64,000 nt of DNA from Acidimicrobiia bacterium (lineage in GTDB: Bacteria > Actinomycetota > Acidimicrobiia > Spongiisociales > JAENVV01). The stretch spans positions 16,498 through 80,497 of the forward strand of contig JBFGJH010000006.1 of assembly GCA_041577335.1 (NCBI GenBank). The letters run 5' to 3'. The notes beneath the pieces are model-generated. The model was not told where the DNA came from. It did not search any database and saw nothing but the letters and a program-made list of their open reading frames with translations. A program made the translations under genes and the position numbers. Below, piece by piece: positions 39,253 to 48,950 of this stretch; within the stretch, counting starts at the first letter, position 1; every line of letters starts with the position of its first letter.

Positions 39253-39750
39253 ATGTATCACACGCTGTCGGTCCTGGTCGAGGACAAGTCAGGCGTGCTC
39301 GCCAGGGTGTCGTCACTCCTGGCTCGGCGCGGCTTCAACATCCACTCACTGGCGGTGGGCCCGACCGTGGAAGAGGGTATGTCGCGCATGACCATCGTCG
39401 TCGAGGCTCCCGAGCTGGAACAGGTGAAGAAGCAACTTCACAAACTGGTGAATGTGGTGAAGATCACCGAGCTCGACCCGGCGAGGTCCGTGGAGCGGGA
39501 GGTCATGTTGGTGCGTGTGTCGGCCTCACCCGGCAACCGGTCTGATGCGCTGGAAATCGCCTCGATCTTCAAGGCAATCGCCGTCGACGTCGGATCGACG
39601 TCAATCACCTTCCAAGTCTCCGGCGAGCCAAGCAAGATCAATGACTTCTTGGAGCTGGTCCGGCCGTACGGAATCATCGACATGGCGAAGTCCGGGCGTA
39701 TAGCACTGGGTCGCGAGCCCAAGGCCCGCAAGCTGAAAGCGATTTCCTGA
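39253..39750 (+). CDS. ilvN: Acetolactate synthase small subunit
   Basis: HTLSVLVEDKSGVLARVSSLLARRGFNIHSL ACT domain; AGGAGG SD. Confidence 0.95.
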   Translation: MYHTLSVLVEDKSGVLARVSSLLARRGFNIHSLAVGPTVEEGMSRMTIVVEAPELEQVKKQLHKLVNVVKITELDPARSVEREVMLVRVSASPGNRSDALEIASIFKAIAVDVGSTSITFQVSGEPSKINDFLELVRPYGIIDMAKSGRIALGREPKARKLKAIS

Positions 39751-39886
39751 GATGGGCGCGCGCTGCTCGGGTGCCGAATCGACAGGGAGCCGGCTTATCT
39801 AGCCGGGCGGCTTCCAAGCCGACCCGGCGACAACGTCACACACGCCCGCGGCTGCGCCGCTTTCCAGCACAAGGATTTCGTTTCCC

Positions 39887-41398
39887 ATGTCAGACCGATT
39901 GATCATCTTCGACACCACACTTCGCGACGGCGAACAGGCCCCGGGGATCGCCCTCACCCCCGACGAGAAGGTAGCCATCGCCCACCAGTTGGCCGCCCTC
40001 AAAGTCGACGTCATCGAGGCCGGGTTCGCGGCGGCTTCGCCGGGCGACCACGACGCGGTGGCCCGCATCGCCAAGGAGGTCAAAGGCCCAACCATTGCCA
40101 GCCTTGCCCGGTGCGTCCCCGACGACATCGACCAGGCGTGGGACGCTGTGAAGCACGCCGACTCACACCGGATCCATGTCTTCCAGTCAACGTCCCCAAT
40201 TCACATGGAACGGATGCTGCGGATGACTCCCGAAGAGGTGTTGCAGTCCATCATCGAAGGCGTCAAACGGGCTCGTGGCTATACAGACAATGTCGAATTC
40301 AGCCCTCAGGATGCCACCCGCACCGATCCAGATTTTCTGATGGCGGTGTGCAAGGCAGCGGTTGCCAACGGCGCAACGACCCTCAACATCCCTGACACCG
40401 TGGGGTACGCAACTCCTGCCGACTACGTGGACTTGCTCTCATCGATCTTTACCGAGGTGAGGCAAGGGAACGACGACATCGTGATGTCGACGCACTGTCA
40501 CAATGACCTGGGATTGGCGGTGGCCAACTCGTTGTCGGCCATCGACGCAGGAGCTCGACAGATCGAATGCGCCATCAACGGGATCGGGGAGCGAGCGGGC
40601 AACACCTCAACCGAAGAGGTGATCATGGCCATCAAGACACGCGAGGATCGCTTTGGCGTCGAGATCGGCGCTGACACCACCCAATTGTTCGAGACCTCGC
40701 GGCTCGTATCGACGCTCACTGGCTACCCGATTCAATTCAACAAGGCCGTCGTCGGCCGCAACGCTTTTGCTCACGAATCCGGGATTCACCAGCACGGGGT
40801 GCTGCGAGACCGCGAGACGTACGAGATCATGGACCCGACCATGGTGGGCCAGACCGGCACCAGGATCGTGTTGGGAAAACACTCCGGGAGGGCAGGGTTC
40901 GCCGACGCTCTCGACAAGATGGACATCGTGCTCGAGGACGCCGACTTCCAGAAGGCGTTCGACCGCTTCAAGGAGCTGGCGGATCGCAAAGTGGAGATCA
41001 CCGAAGAGGAAATCCGCGTCATCTGCGCCGACGCGCCCCGCTCCCCCGACACTCCCGTCCATCTCGTCTCACTCCATGTGGCGGGGGGAAACACAGTGAC
41101 GCCCGAGGCCAGAGTCGTCGTCGAAATTGACGGCACCGAGAAAGAGTTCAAGGGAAGCGGGGATGGCATGGTGCACGCGACCTTTGCTGCGCTGCGGGCC
41201 GCCTTCGCCGTCGACGCCAAGCTGCTCGACTATCGGGTCGTGCCGGTGACGTCGGGAGCCGATGCCATGGCTGAGGTCAGTGTCGTCGTACAGGTGGGCG
41301 ATCATTCGGTGTCCGGTCGAAGCGTCGACACCGATGTCGTGGAAGGATCGGCGCGCGCTTTCGTCCAGGCGCTCAATCTGGTGTCGGTCGAGCGGTAG
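39887..41398 (+). CDS. leuA: 2-isopropylmalate synthase
   Basis: [37 protein letters not shown]-terminal regulatory domain. Confidence 0.93.
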   Translation: MSDRLIIFDTTLRDGEQAPGIALTPDEKVAIAHQLAALKVDVIEAGFAAASPGDHDAVARIAKEVKGPTIASLARCVPDDIDQAWDAVKHADSHRIHVFQSTSPIHMERMLRMTPEEVLQSIIEGVKRARGYTDNVEFSPQDATRTDPDFLMAVCKAAVANGATTLNIPDTVGYATPADYVDLLSSIFTEVRQGNDDIVMSTHCHNDLGLAVANSLSAIDAGARQIECAINGIGERAGNTSTEEVIMAIKTREDRFGVEIGADTTQLFETSRLVSTLTGYPIQFNKAVVGRNAFAHESGIHQHGVLRDRETYEIMDPTMVGQTGTRIVLGKHSGRAGFADALDKMDIVLEDADFQKAFDRFKELADRKVEITEEEIRVICADAPRSPDTPVHLVSLHVAGGNTVTPEARVVVEIDGTEKEFKGSGDGMVHATFAALRAAFAVDAKLLDYRVVPVTSGADAMAEVSVVVQVGDHSVSGRSVDTDVVEGSARAFVQALNLVSVER

Positions 41399-41436
41399 TC
41401 CAACAGGTACACTCGCTGCCGGATCGAGGAGCATGC

Positions 41437-42501
41437 ATGGCTGACTACACAATGGCGTTCATCGACGGAGATGGCGTCGGACCCGAAGTGATGACCCAGG
41501 CGCGTAAGGCGTTACGAGCTGCCGCCCATAGGTACGGGTTCAACGTAGATTTCACGGCCTTTGACCTGGGAGGAGACCGGTACCTTCGCACCGGCGATGT
41601 CCTCCCGGAGCCTGAACTGGCCGAGCTGCGCCACCATGACGCAATCCTGCTGGGCGCCGTCGGCACCCCCGACGTGCCGCCGGGAGTACTGGAGCGGGGG
41701 CTCCTGCTGAGGATTCGATTTGCACTCGACCAGTACGTCAATCTGCGACCGGTCCGGCTCTACCCAGGGGTCCGCTCTCCTGTCTCTGGTCTCACCTCTG
41801 AGCGCTGCGACATGCTGGTCGTGCGCGAGAACACCGAAGGCATGTACGTGGGGGCCGGCGGCATCATGCGCCAGGACACGCCTCACGAGGTCGCCATCCA
41901 GGAATCGGTCAACACCCGCTTCGGAGTCGAACGGGTTGTGGTCGACGCTTTCGAGCGGGCGCAACGCCGGCGCCGCCATCTGACGTTGGTCCACAAAACC
42001 AATGTCCTCACATACGCCGGCGATCTCTGGCAACGCACCTTGCATGCGGTCGCCCCGGACTTCCCTGATGTCGAACTCGACTATCAGCATGTCGACGCCA
42101 TGTGTCTCTACATGGTCACGCAACCCCAGCGCTTCGACGTCATCGTCACCGACAACCTGTTCGGCGACGTCATCACCGACCTGGGAGCGGCGGTCCAGGG
42201 CGGGATGGGCCTCGCTGCCTCAGGCAACATCAACCCAGCGCCCGGTGTGCCTTCGATGTTCGAGCCCGTCCACGGGTCGGCGCCCGACATAGCCGGCAAA
42301 GGCTGGGCCAACCCGGTGGCCGCAGTCGTTTCTGCTGCCATGTGCTTGGCGGACCTCGGCGAATACGACGCCGCCCAGGCGGTCGAAGCCGCCGCGGCCA
42401 GCGTGCTCCCCCACCTCGGCTCGATGGGCGGCCCCGACATGGGCATGTCAACCGACGAAATCGGCGACCGCATCGCAGAAGCCATCTCCAGCAGGGACTA
42501 G
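41437..42501 (+). CDS. leuB: 3-isopropylmalate dehydrogenase
   Basis: [42 protein letters not shown]. Confidence 0.93.
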   Translation: MADYTMAFIDGDGVGPEVMTQARKALRAAAHRYGFNVDFTAFDLGGDRYLRTGDVLPEPELAELRHHDAILLGAVGTPDVPPGVLERGLLLRIRFALDQYVNLRPVRLYPGVRSPVSGLTSERCDMLVVRENTEGMYVGAGGIMRQDTPHEVAIQESVNTRFGVERVVVDAFERAQRRRRHLTLVHKTNVLTYAGDLWQRTLHAVAPDFPDVELDYQHVDAMCLYMVTQPQRFDVIVTDNLFGDVITDLGAAVQGGMGLAASGNINPAPGVPSMFEPVHGSAPDIAGKGWANPVAAVVSAAMCLADLGEYDAAQAVEAAAASVLPHLGSMGGPDMGMSTDEIGDRIAEAISSRD

Positions 42502-42581
42502 GCCCACCGCCCTATTTTGGCGTGGCACCCTCGACAGGCACCTGGTCCCGTCATAAGCTTGCCTCTCACGCGGGGGTATCT

Positions 42582-42755
42582 ATGCGACCAACTTTTGCCT
42601 ACATCGATCCGGCTGCAGGCAGCCTGATTCTCCAAGCGCTCGTCGGTGGCGCCGCAGGAGCGGCCGTCTTTTTTCGGGCTCGCATCCGGCGCATGTTCGG
42701 CCGAGGAGAAACCACCGACGTTGTCTCAGAACAACCGGTTGAATCCGAAGCGTGA
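42582..42755 (+). CDS. 57-aa single-TM micro-protein with AYIDPAAGS motif
   Basis: MRPTFAYIDPAAGSLILQALVGGAAGAAVFFRARIRR...; GGGGG SD; candidate -10 TAAGCT at 42554; stop overlaps the next start (GTGA). Confidence 0.8.
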   Translation: MRPTFAYIDPAAGSLILQALVGGAAGAAVFFRARIRRMFGRGETTDVVSEQPVESEA

Positions 42756-44092
42756 TCGAGGCCGTTGACGGATCCTTTCGGGATCCCGACAGCCAGGTTT
42801 TTGTCACAGGTGGAGGGGTCCTTCGCGGCCTCACCGAGGAAGCGTCACAGGGATTGACCGCCGCGATGGCCGCGGGGCTCGCTTCACGATCGGTCCTGCC
42901 GTTCCAACGGGCCGACCCCCCTCCGGGATGGCACGCAGGCATTTCAACCGCCAGGCTCCCATTTGTCTCAGCGCCGTGCGAGTGGAGCTTTTCGATGCTC
43001 AAGGAGGCCGCCCTGTTGACGCTCGACATCACTGAGCTCGCCGCCCGATCGGGGTTCACGATTGTCGACGCTCCGGCTGACAACGTGACCTTTCAGGGCA
43101 CCGAAGCTGTCTTCATTGATCTCGGCTCTTTCCGCCCTGGCGAGATGGAACAGTGGTCGGCGTACGGGCAGTTCTGCGACAACTTCCTGGCGCCGCTGAT
43201 GCTGGAGGCCTACCGGGGCGTGCCATTTCAGCGGTATCTGGGCGACCATGGCCTGTCCATCCTCGACCTCGAGAGAATGCTCAGCTTTTCGGATATCCGC
43301 CGCAAGGGAGTGCTCACGCATGTGAAGGCACGAGCAGTGTTGGAGCGGCGTGCCCAGCGGATGACGGTTGAGTCGCGTCGGGCGCTGCGCGCAGACGCCC
43401 GACCAGGGCCCGCCGGGGTCGCTCGGATGGTCGGCAACCTTCGCGAACTCATCAAGCGCCTGACCTCGGCAGCATCGACCGAATGGGCCGGCTACGAGTC
43501 CGTCTATACCGACGACGGAGCAACGCCGGAGACCAAGGAAGAATTTGTTCGGGCGGCGGCCGCCTCGTCGGAGCGCATCGGCTGGGCCTATGACGTCGGG
43601 GCGAACGCCGGACGCTTCTCGCGCATCCTCGCCGAGTATTTCCCAACGGTCCTTGCAATCGAGCGAGACCCGGGAGCCGTCGAAGAGCTCGTCGCAGCCT
43701 GTCGCCCATCTCGAGTGATTCACCCCGCAGTCATCGATATCACGGCGCCAACCCCAAGCCGCGGGCTCATGCTGACGGAACGCCGGTCTCTCATCGACCG
43801 TGCCCCTGCCACCTTCGCTACGTTCCTCGCCGTCATCCATCACTTGTCGATTGGCGGGAACATACCGCTCGCCAAAACCGTCGAGCTGATGCGATGGGTT
43901 GCCCCGGAGATCGTCGTGGAGTTCGTCGAACCCGAGGACGCGCGGGTTCAACAGATCACTGCGGCTCGGCCTTTGGCGGCACGCGGATACACCAAGGATG
44001 CCTTCGAGGCTGCCCTTCTGAGTGCTTTCGAGGTTGTAGCTCAACGCCGGGTGAGCGAAACCCGACTGTTGTATCACGCGGTCTCGCGGTGA
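42752..44092 (+). CDS. NoeA-like protein: putative kinase-like N-domain plus class I SAM methyltransferase
   Basis: SFRDP, EWSFSMLKEAALLTL, DAPADN...FIDLGS, AYGQFC, YDVGANAG and AVIHHL motifs, recognised by eye as the NoeA family. Confidence 0.75.
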   Translation: MIEAVDGSFRDPDSQVFVTGGGVLRGLTEEASQGLTAAMAAGLASRSVLPFQRADPPPGWHAGISTARLPFVSAPCEWSFSMLKEAALLTLDITELAARSGFTIVDAPADNVTFQGTEAVFIDLGSFRPGEMEQWSAYGQFCDNFLAPLMLEAYRGVPFQRYLGDHGLSILDLERMLSFSDIRRKGVLTHVKARAVLERRAQRMTVESRRALRADARPGPAGVARMVGNLRELIKRLTSAASTEWAGYESVYTDDGATPETKEEFVRAAAASSERIGWAYDVGANAGRFSRILAEYFPTVLAIERDPGAVEELVAACRPSRVIHPAVIDITAPTPSRGLMLTERRSLIDRAPATFATFLAVIHHLSIGGNIPLAKTVELMRWVAPEIVVEFVEPEDARVQQITAARPLAARGYTKDAFEAALLSAFEVVAQRRVSETRLLYHAVSR

Positions 44093-45567
44093 GAGCAGCC
44101 CGTAGCCGCGCAGCTCTGATGGCACTCGTCGCTGGGTGTGGCGTCCTCTGTCCGGGCGCGTATCTTTTCATCGCATACCGCACCAACGCCCCGTGGTTCC
44201 CGCCAACCAACGTGCCGTGGTCTCAACTCTTGATAGTGACCGCCATCTCTCTTGCGCTCGTCACCGCCGTCGCAGGGGCAATCAGGGCCATTGAATCGAC
44301 TCCATGGGAGCGATCGATCGTGCTGGCGATCGCGGTGTGTTGGCCACTCTGGATCTCTGGCAGGGCCATCGCCGTCGATCGGTTTCTGGACCTTGGCACC
44401 TGGACGGCACCGTTGGCTTTCGCGCTCCTCTATGGCCTGTGGCTGTTTGTCACTATCCGCATCTTGAGATCGGATGGCGTGCTGCCCTTGGCGGCCGTGA
44501 TTGTATCGATCACTCTTGTCACCATCGCCCCGTCGCTGCGGGTCTTCACCGATCTAACACCTCCGTTCGCGGCCACCGCAGATTTCGAGGTGACCGAAAC
44601 GCGCCGTACCTGGATTCTCGTGTTCGACGAACTCGCTGCCGCTGAATTCTTGAAAAAAATCGACCCCGTCCATGGTGGTGATGCGCAGGAGGCTCTCAGC
44701 GCAGCCGGCTTCGTGGTTTCCGAGGACGCCCGCAGCCCGTATCCGTCAACCTATCCGTCGCTCGGTTCCATCCTCTCACTCGAGCCGTTGGTGCCCGGCA
44801 CGTATTTTGGCGAAGACCTTGCCCCCCAGGCAGCGGTCTTCCTTGGCGAGCATCCGCTCGCCGCCTCCTATCGAGAGGCTGGCCGCGAGGTCGTCATGAT
44901 CCGGCCTCCCATCAGCGCAGCCCGCTGCGGCGAGCTGGTAACGCAGTGCCATCAGACGACCATGGATGATTTCGGAAACTATGTCCGACGGAGCTCAATC
45001 ATCGGCCTCTTGAGCCCGAGCTCGGGCATCTCGTTCTGGCCAGCCAGCGCCGTCCGGCAATTCGAAGTTCTGGAACACGTTGCCAGTGAGCAGGGCGCCG
45101 GCGAGCTCATCTACGCCCACCTGCTGATCCCCCACGCACCCTTCACCTTGAGCCCCGACTGCGCGATCGGAGATGTCGTGGCATCGACCGAATCTGGATA
45201 CGCGAGAAACGTGCAATGCTTCAGCCGGCTCCTGATCTCATTTCTGGCAGAGCTCCCCCAGGACGATATCGTGCTGATGATCGGCGACCACGGCCTCAAG
45301 ATCGAGTCGAACGCTTCGATCAAGACGCCGGAGATCATCGAGGCCGTCGACTCAGCTTTCGTTGCGATACGTGGATGCGACGAATCATCGGACTACCTGG
45401 GTTCCAACGTCAACGCATATCGGGCGCTCGTCAACTGTGTCACCGACGCTGACCTGCCTGCGATCGAACCGGAGCCGGTTGTTGCTTGCTTCGCTGATCA
45501 AGGTCGCCGGCTCACCCTCCTCGAAGCCATCCCAGACCCAGAGACGGGAGTCGTGTCGTGCGCATGA
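44089..45567 (+). CDS. Membrane-anchored sulfatase/alkaline-phosphatase-fold protein
   Basis: About 5 N-terminal TMs, then VFDE, STYPS, HLLIPHAPF and IGDHG metal-site motifs. Confidence 0.7.
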   Translation: MRAARSRAALMALVAGCGVLCPGAYLFIAYRTNAPWFPPTNVPWSQLLIVTAISLALVTAVAGAIRAIESTPWERSIVLAIAVCWPLWISGRAIAVDRFLDLGTWTAPLAFALLYGLWLFVTIRILRSDGVLPLAAVIVSITLVTIAPSLRVFTDLTPPFAATADFEVTETRRTWILVFDELAAAEFLKKIDPVHGGDAQEALSAAGFVVSEDARSPYPSTYPSLGSILSLEPLVPGTYFGEDLAPQAAVFLGEHPLAASYREAGREVVMIRPPISAARCGELVTQCHQTTMDDFGNYVRRSSIIGLLSPSSGISFWPASAVRQFEVLEHVASEQGAGELIYAHLLIPHAPFTLSPDCAIGDVVASTESGYARNVQCFSRLLISFLAELPQDDIVLMIGDHGLKIESNASIKTPEIIEAVDSAFVAIRGCDESSDYLGSNVNAYRALVNCVTDADLPAIEPEPVVACFADQGRRLTLLEAIPDPETGVVSCA

Positions 45568-45648
45568 TTCGTTGCGAACGACGTTGGCGGCAGAGTCCGG
45601 CGGGGCCGGGGCGGCGACCTCGTGCCAATGAGCAGCGAGAACGCCCAA

Positions 45649-48201
45649 CTACTCGTAGGCAATCGCCTCCAGGATGTTCAGGTTGGCCGCCCGGTATGCC
45701 GGCCACCAGGCCGCGATGAGGCCGGCGATGCCTGCGCCGAAGATGCCGCCGATGACCGGAAGCCACGGCACGTCGTAGGAGAATCCCTCCCCGAAGACGG
45801 CCCATGAGCCAAACCAACCCAGCGCGAGCCCGGCCAGCATCCCCAATACCGCGCCGAGGACTGCCACCAAGAAAGCCTCCCACCGGACCATCGACCGGAC
45901 CTGCGAGCGGATCATACCAATCGCCCGGACGAGTCCGATCTCCCTGGTGCGTTCGAAGACGCTGAGGCTGAGAATGAGGACCACGCCGATCAGCGCGATC
46001 AGAATCGACATGGCCAAGAGGCCGAAAATCAGCACGAGCACACCCAAGAGAGCGGCCTCGATCTGGCCGAGCAGGTCCTCCTGCGTGAAGATCTGTGCTC
46101 CTCCGAAGTCTTCCAGCGCCGTCTCCACTGCCGCCTTGCCTTCGTCGATACCCACGCCGTCGGCAAAGGCCACCGACATCTGAATGTCCGGAAGTGTCGG
46201 GTCGAGGGTGGCGTACTGCTCCTTGTTGATGTAGAAACTCGCCTGGTCCGACACATCAGAGCCGAGATCGAAGATCGCCACGATCTCATGATCGACAGGA
46301 TCACCCGTCACGAAGATCTCGACGTCGTCGCCAAGCGCCAGATCGACCCGCTCTGCTTCGCTTCGCTGTACCGCCACCGTGGCGCCCACCAAATCATCGA
46401 ACGAGCCCTCGATCCTATCGAATACAACGATGAGATCGGTCTCCTCGGGGTTGACGCCCACCAGGAAATCGGTTTGGCCGTTGACGCGCGCAGGCGCGGA
46501 CTTGATTGCCGCCGCCGTCTCGACCTCAGGGAGCTCCCGTACCGCGTCCTCAACGCCTTCGGGGAGCGCCTGGATCGGCCCAAAGCCGGGGAACACGACC
46601 GCGTCGGCCGGAAACGCCTGCTCCAGGGCCTTCTGTGTCGTCGTCTGGATCGAGAAGACGATGATGGCCACGGCCGTCACCAGTGACACCCCGATCATCA
46701 GCGCTCCCGCGGTTGCGCCGGTGCGTCGTGGGGCCCGCCGGGCATTTTCGATCGCCATTTGGCGCGTGATCGTGGTCCCGGAGCGGCGGAACGGCTTGCC
46801 GATCACATCAATGGCACGACCGGCGCCATGCATGGCGATGTTGGAGACTGCTGCTCCGAGCGCATAGGTGCCCGCCATGATGAGTAGTGCGCCAACGCCA
46901 ACGATCCACAGGGCCTGATCCGCTGCCAGAGCCCAGTAGGAGACCCCCAGCCCGGCCGACAGCAGCACGCCGGTTATCACCCAACGGCGAACTGTGGGAA
47001 TCCGCCGGGCATGGACATCGCTCAAAGCGGCCATGGGCAATACACGGGAGGCGCGGATCGCCGGGATGAGCGCCGACAATACGGTCGTGAAGATGCCGAC
47101 CGCGGCAGCGATGAGAACGGTACGCGGCGCCAGCGTGATGTTCCCGGCAGGCAGGTCGCCGCCGAAGATGCTCAGGGCCAGCCGGAGAACCAAAGCGAGC
47201 ACCACGCCGCCTGGAATGCCCAGCACGGTGGCCACCATGCCGATCACCGCGGCTTCGACGAGCACCGAGGTCAGGACCTGGCGGCGGGTTGCCCCGAGGA
47301 GACGGAAGAGAGCCAGTTCACGGGTTCGTTGACCGATCACAGTACGGAATGCGTTGTATACAACGAAGATGCCGACCGATACGGCCACGGCCGCGAAGAT
47401 CAACAGGAAGATCGTGATGAAACTCAGCCCTTGCTCGAGCTCTTCAGCAGCTTCCGCCGCCGCCGTTTGGGCGTCAATTGCTCGTACGCCCTCCGGCAGG
47501 ATCGCCGCAATCGCCGCCAGCGTGTCCTCGGCATCCGCACCATCGACAAAAGTGATGTCGAATGTGTCGGCCTGGCCCTCCGCGTCAGCCAGCCGCTGCA
47601 CCTCCTCGAGCGGGGCAAAGAGGAATACGGCCCCGCCGAAGGGATTCCCCCCCTCGAAGTCGCCGATGCCCACCAGCGTGGCCGTCTCATTGGGCCCGAG
47701 TGCGCTGAAGACGACGGTGTCACCGATCGACCAGCCCTTGTCAGCAGCTGTGTCGGCGTCGACGAGCAGTTCACCTGCTTCAGGGGCCCTTCCTGCCACC
47801 AGCTGAAACGAACCCGGAGCGCCCGTCCAGGCAAAAAGGAAGTTCGGTGGGCCGCCGAATCCGGCCGTCGCGGCGGCGTCCTCCTCGATGATCTGCACGA
47901 ATGCCGTCAGGTTGGCAAAGACCCCATCGACACCTTCCACGGCCGCTATCTCTTGTTCCAATGAGGCGTCGATGCGTTGTTGCCCGAACGCAAAATCATC
48001 TTCGATGGTGTCAGGGTCGATGGTGACCGCCGCGTCGAGACTCTCGGCAGCGTCTGCAAAGGCCCCGGAAAAGGCGTCGCCGATCGTGTCAGTGAATACG
48101 AACGAGGCAGAGACGAATGACACGCCCGCCACCACGGCAACTGCCAGGAGCAGCGTCCTCACCTTGTGATCCCAAATCCCGCGCAGGCTCGCTTTGAGCA
48201 T
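45649..48201 (-). CDS. ABC exporter permease (duplicated FtsX/MacB-type)
   Basis: Two FtsX-like modules, with QRTRELALFRLLGA and ERTREIGLVRAIG. Confidence 0.92.
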   Translation of the reverse strand: MLKASLRGIWDHKVRTLLLAVAVVAGVSFVSASFVFTDTIGDAFSGAFADAAESLDAAVTIDPDTIEDDFAFGQQRIDASLEQEIAAVEGVDGVFANLTAFVQIIEEDAAATAGFGGPPNFLFAWTGAPGSFQLVAGRAPEAGELLVDADTAADKGWSIGDTVVFSALGPNETATLVGIGDFEGGNPFGGAVFLFAPLEEVQRLADAEGQADTFDITFVDGADAEDTLAAIAAILPEGVRAIDAQTAAAEAAEELEQGLSFITIFLLIFAAVAVSVGIFVVYNAFRTVIGQRTRELALFRLLGATRRQVLTSVLVEAAVIGMVATVLGIPGGVVLALVLRLALSIFGGDLPAGNITLAPRTVLIAAAVGIFTTVLSALIPAIRASRVLPMAALSDVHARRIPTVRRWVITGVLLSAGLGVSYWALAADQALWIVGVGALLIMAGTYALGAAVSNIAMHGAGRAIDVIGKPFRRSGTTITRQMAIENARRAPRRTGATAGALMIGVSLVTAVAIIVFSIQTTTQKALEQAFPADAVVFPGFGPIQALPEGVEDAVRELPEVETAAAIKSAPARVNGQTDFLVGVNPEETDLIVVFDRIEGSFDDLVGATVAVQRSEAERVDLALGDDVEIFVTGDPVDHEIVAIFDLGSDVSDQASFYINKEQYATLDPTLPDIQMSVAFADGVGIDEGKAAVETALEDFGGAQIFTQEDLLGQIEAALLGVLVLIFGLLAMSILIALIGVVLILSLSVFERTREIGLVRAIGMIRSQVRSMVRWEAFLVAVLGAVLGMLAGLALGWFGSWAVFGEGFSYDVPWLPVIGGIFGAGIAGLIAAWWPAYRAANLNILEAIAYE

Positions 48202-48938
48202 CAGCCCTCCAGTGTCTTGAGCCGATCCAACACCTTCTCGGCGGTGGGGTCGCGCATCTCATCGACGATGTGCCCGTCCGACAGGAAAACGATGCGGTCG
48301 GAATATGCGGCGGCTGAAGGCTCGTGGGTCACCATGATCATGGTCTGCCCGAACTCGTCGACCGCTCGACGCAGGAAGCCCAGGAGCTCTGCCGAGGAGT
48401 TGGAGTCGAGGTTGCCGGACGGCTCGTCGCCGAAGATGACTGCCGGGCGGCTTGCCAGGGCTCGCGCTGCGGCGACACGCTGCTGCTGACCCCCCGACAT
48501 CTCGGAAGGGCGGTGGCCTAGTCGATCGCGGATGTCGAGAATATCGATGACATTCTCTACCCACTCACTCTCCGGCTTCCCGCCCGCAATGGTGATGGGA
48601 AGCAAGATGTTTTCTCTGGCGGTGAGGGTAGGGATGAGGTTGAAGGCCTGAAAGACGAAACCGATGTTGTCGCGGCGCAGCTCGGTGAGTTGCTTGTCGT
48701 TGAGCATTCCGAGATTGGTATCGCCCAGAAACACCTGCCCCGATGTCAGCGAGTCCAAGCCGGCGAGGCAGTGCATGAGCGTTGACTTTCCCGAGCCCGA
48801 CGGGCCCATGATGGCGGTGAACTCTCCGGCGGCGAATTCGACGCTGATGTTTCGAAGGGCATGGACGGCGGTGTCCCCCTCTCCATAGACCTTGGATGCA
48901 TCGACAGCTCGTGCGGCCGTAGTGGTGGTTTTCGTCAT
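48201..48938 (-). CDS. ABC transporter ATP-binding protein (LolD/MacB-like)
   Basis: GPSGSGKST, MSGGQQQRV, DEPSGNLD, VTH. Confidence 0.95.
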   Translation of the reverse strand: MTKTTTTAARAVDASKVYGEGDTAVHALRNISVEFAAGEFTAIMGPSGSGKSTLMHCLAGLDSLTSGQVFLGDTNLGMLNDKQLTELRRDNIGFVFQAFNLIPTLTARENILLPITIAGGKPESEWVENVIDILDIRDRLGHRPSEMSGGQQQRVAAARALASRPAVIFGDEPSGNLDSNSSAELLGFLRRAVDEFGQTMIMVTHEPSAAAYSDRIVFLSDGHIVDEMRDPTAEKVLDRLKTLEG

Positions 48939-48950
48939 TGTCTTCCTTCG

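Noticed and set aside
39780-39810. GACAGGGAGCCGGCTTAT, similar to the 3' end of RNase P RNA
   Set aside because: There is no GAGGAAAGTCC 5' partner and no room for the RNA; it is better explained as a short hairpin after ilvN.
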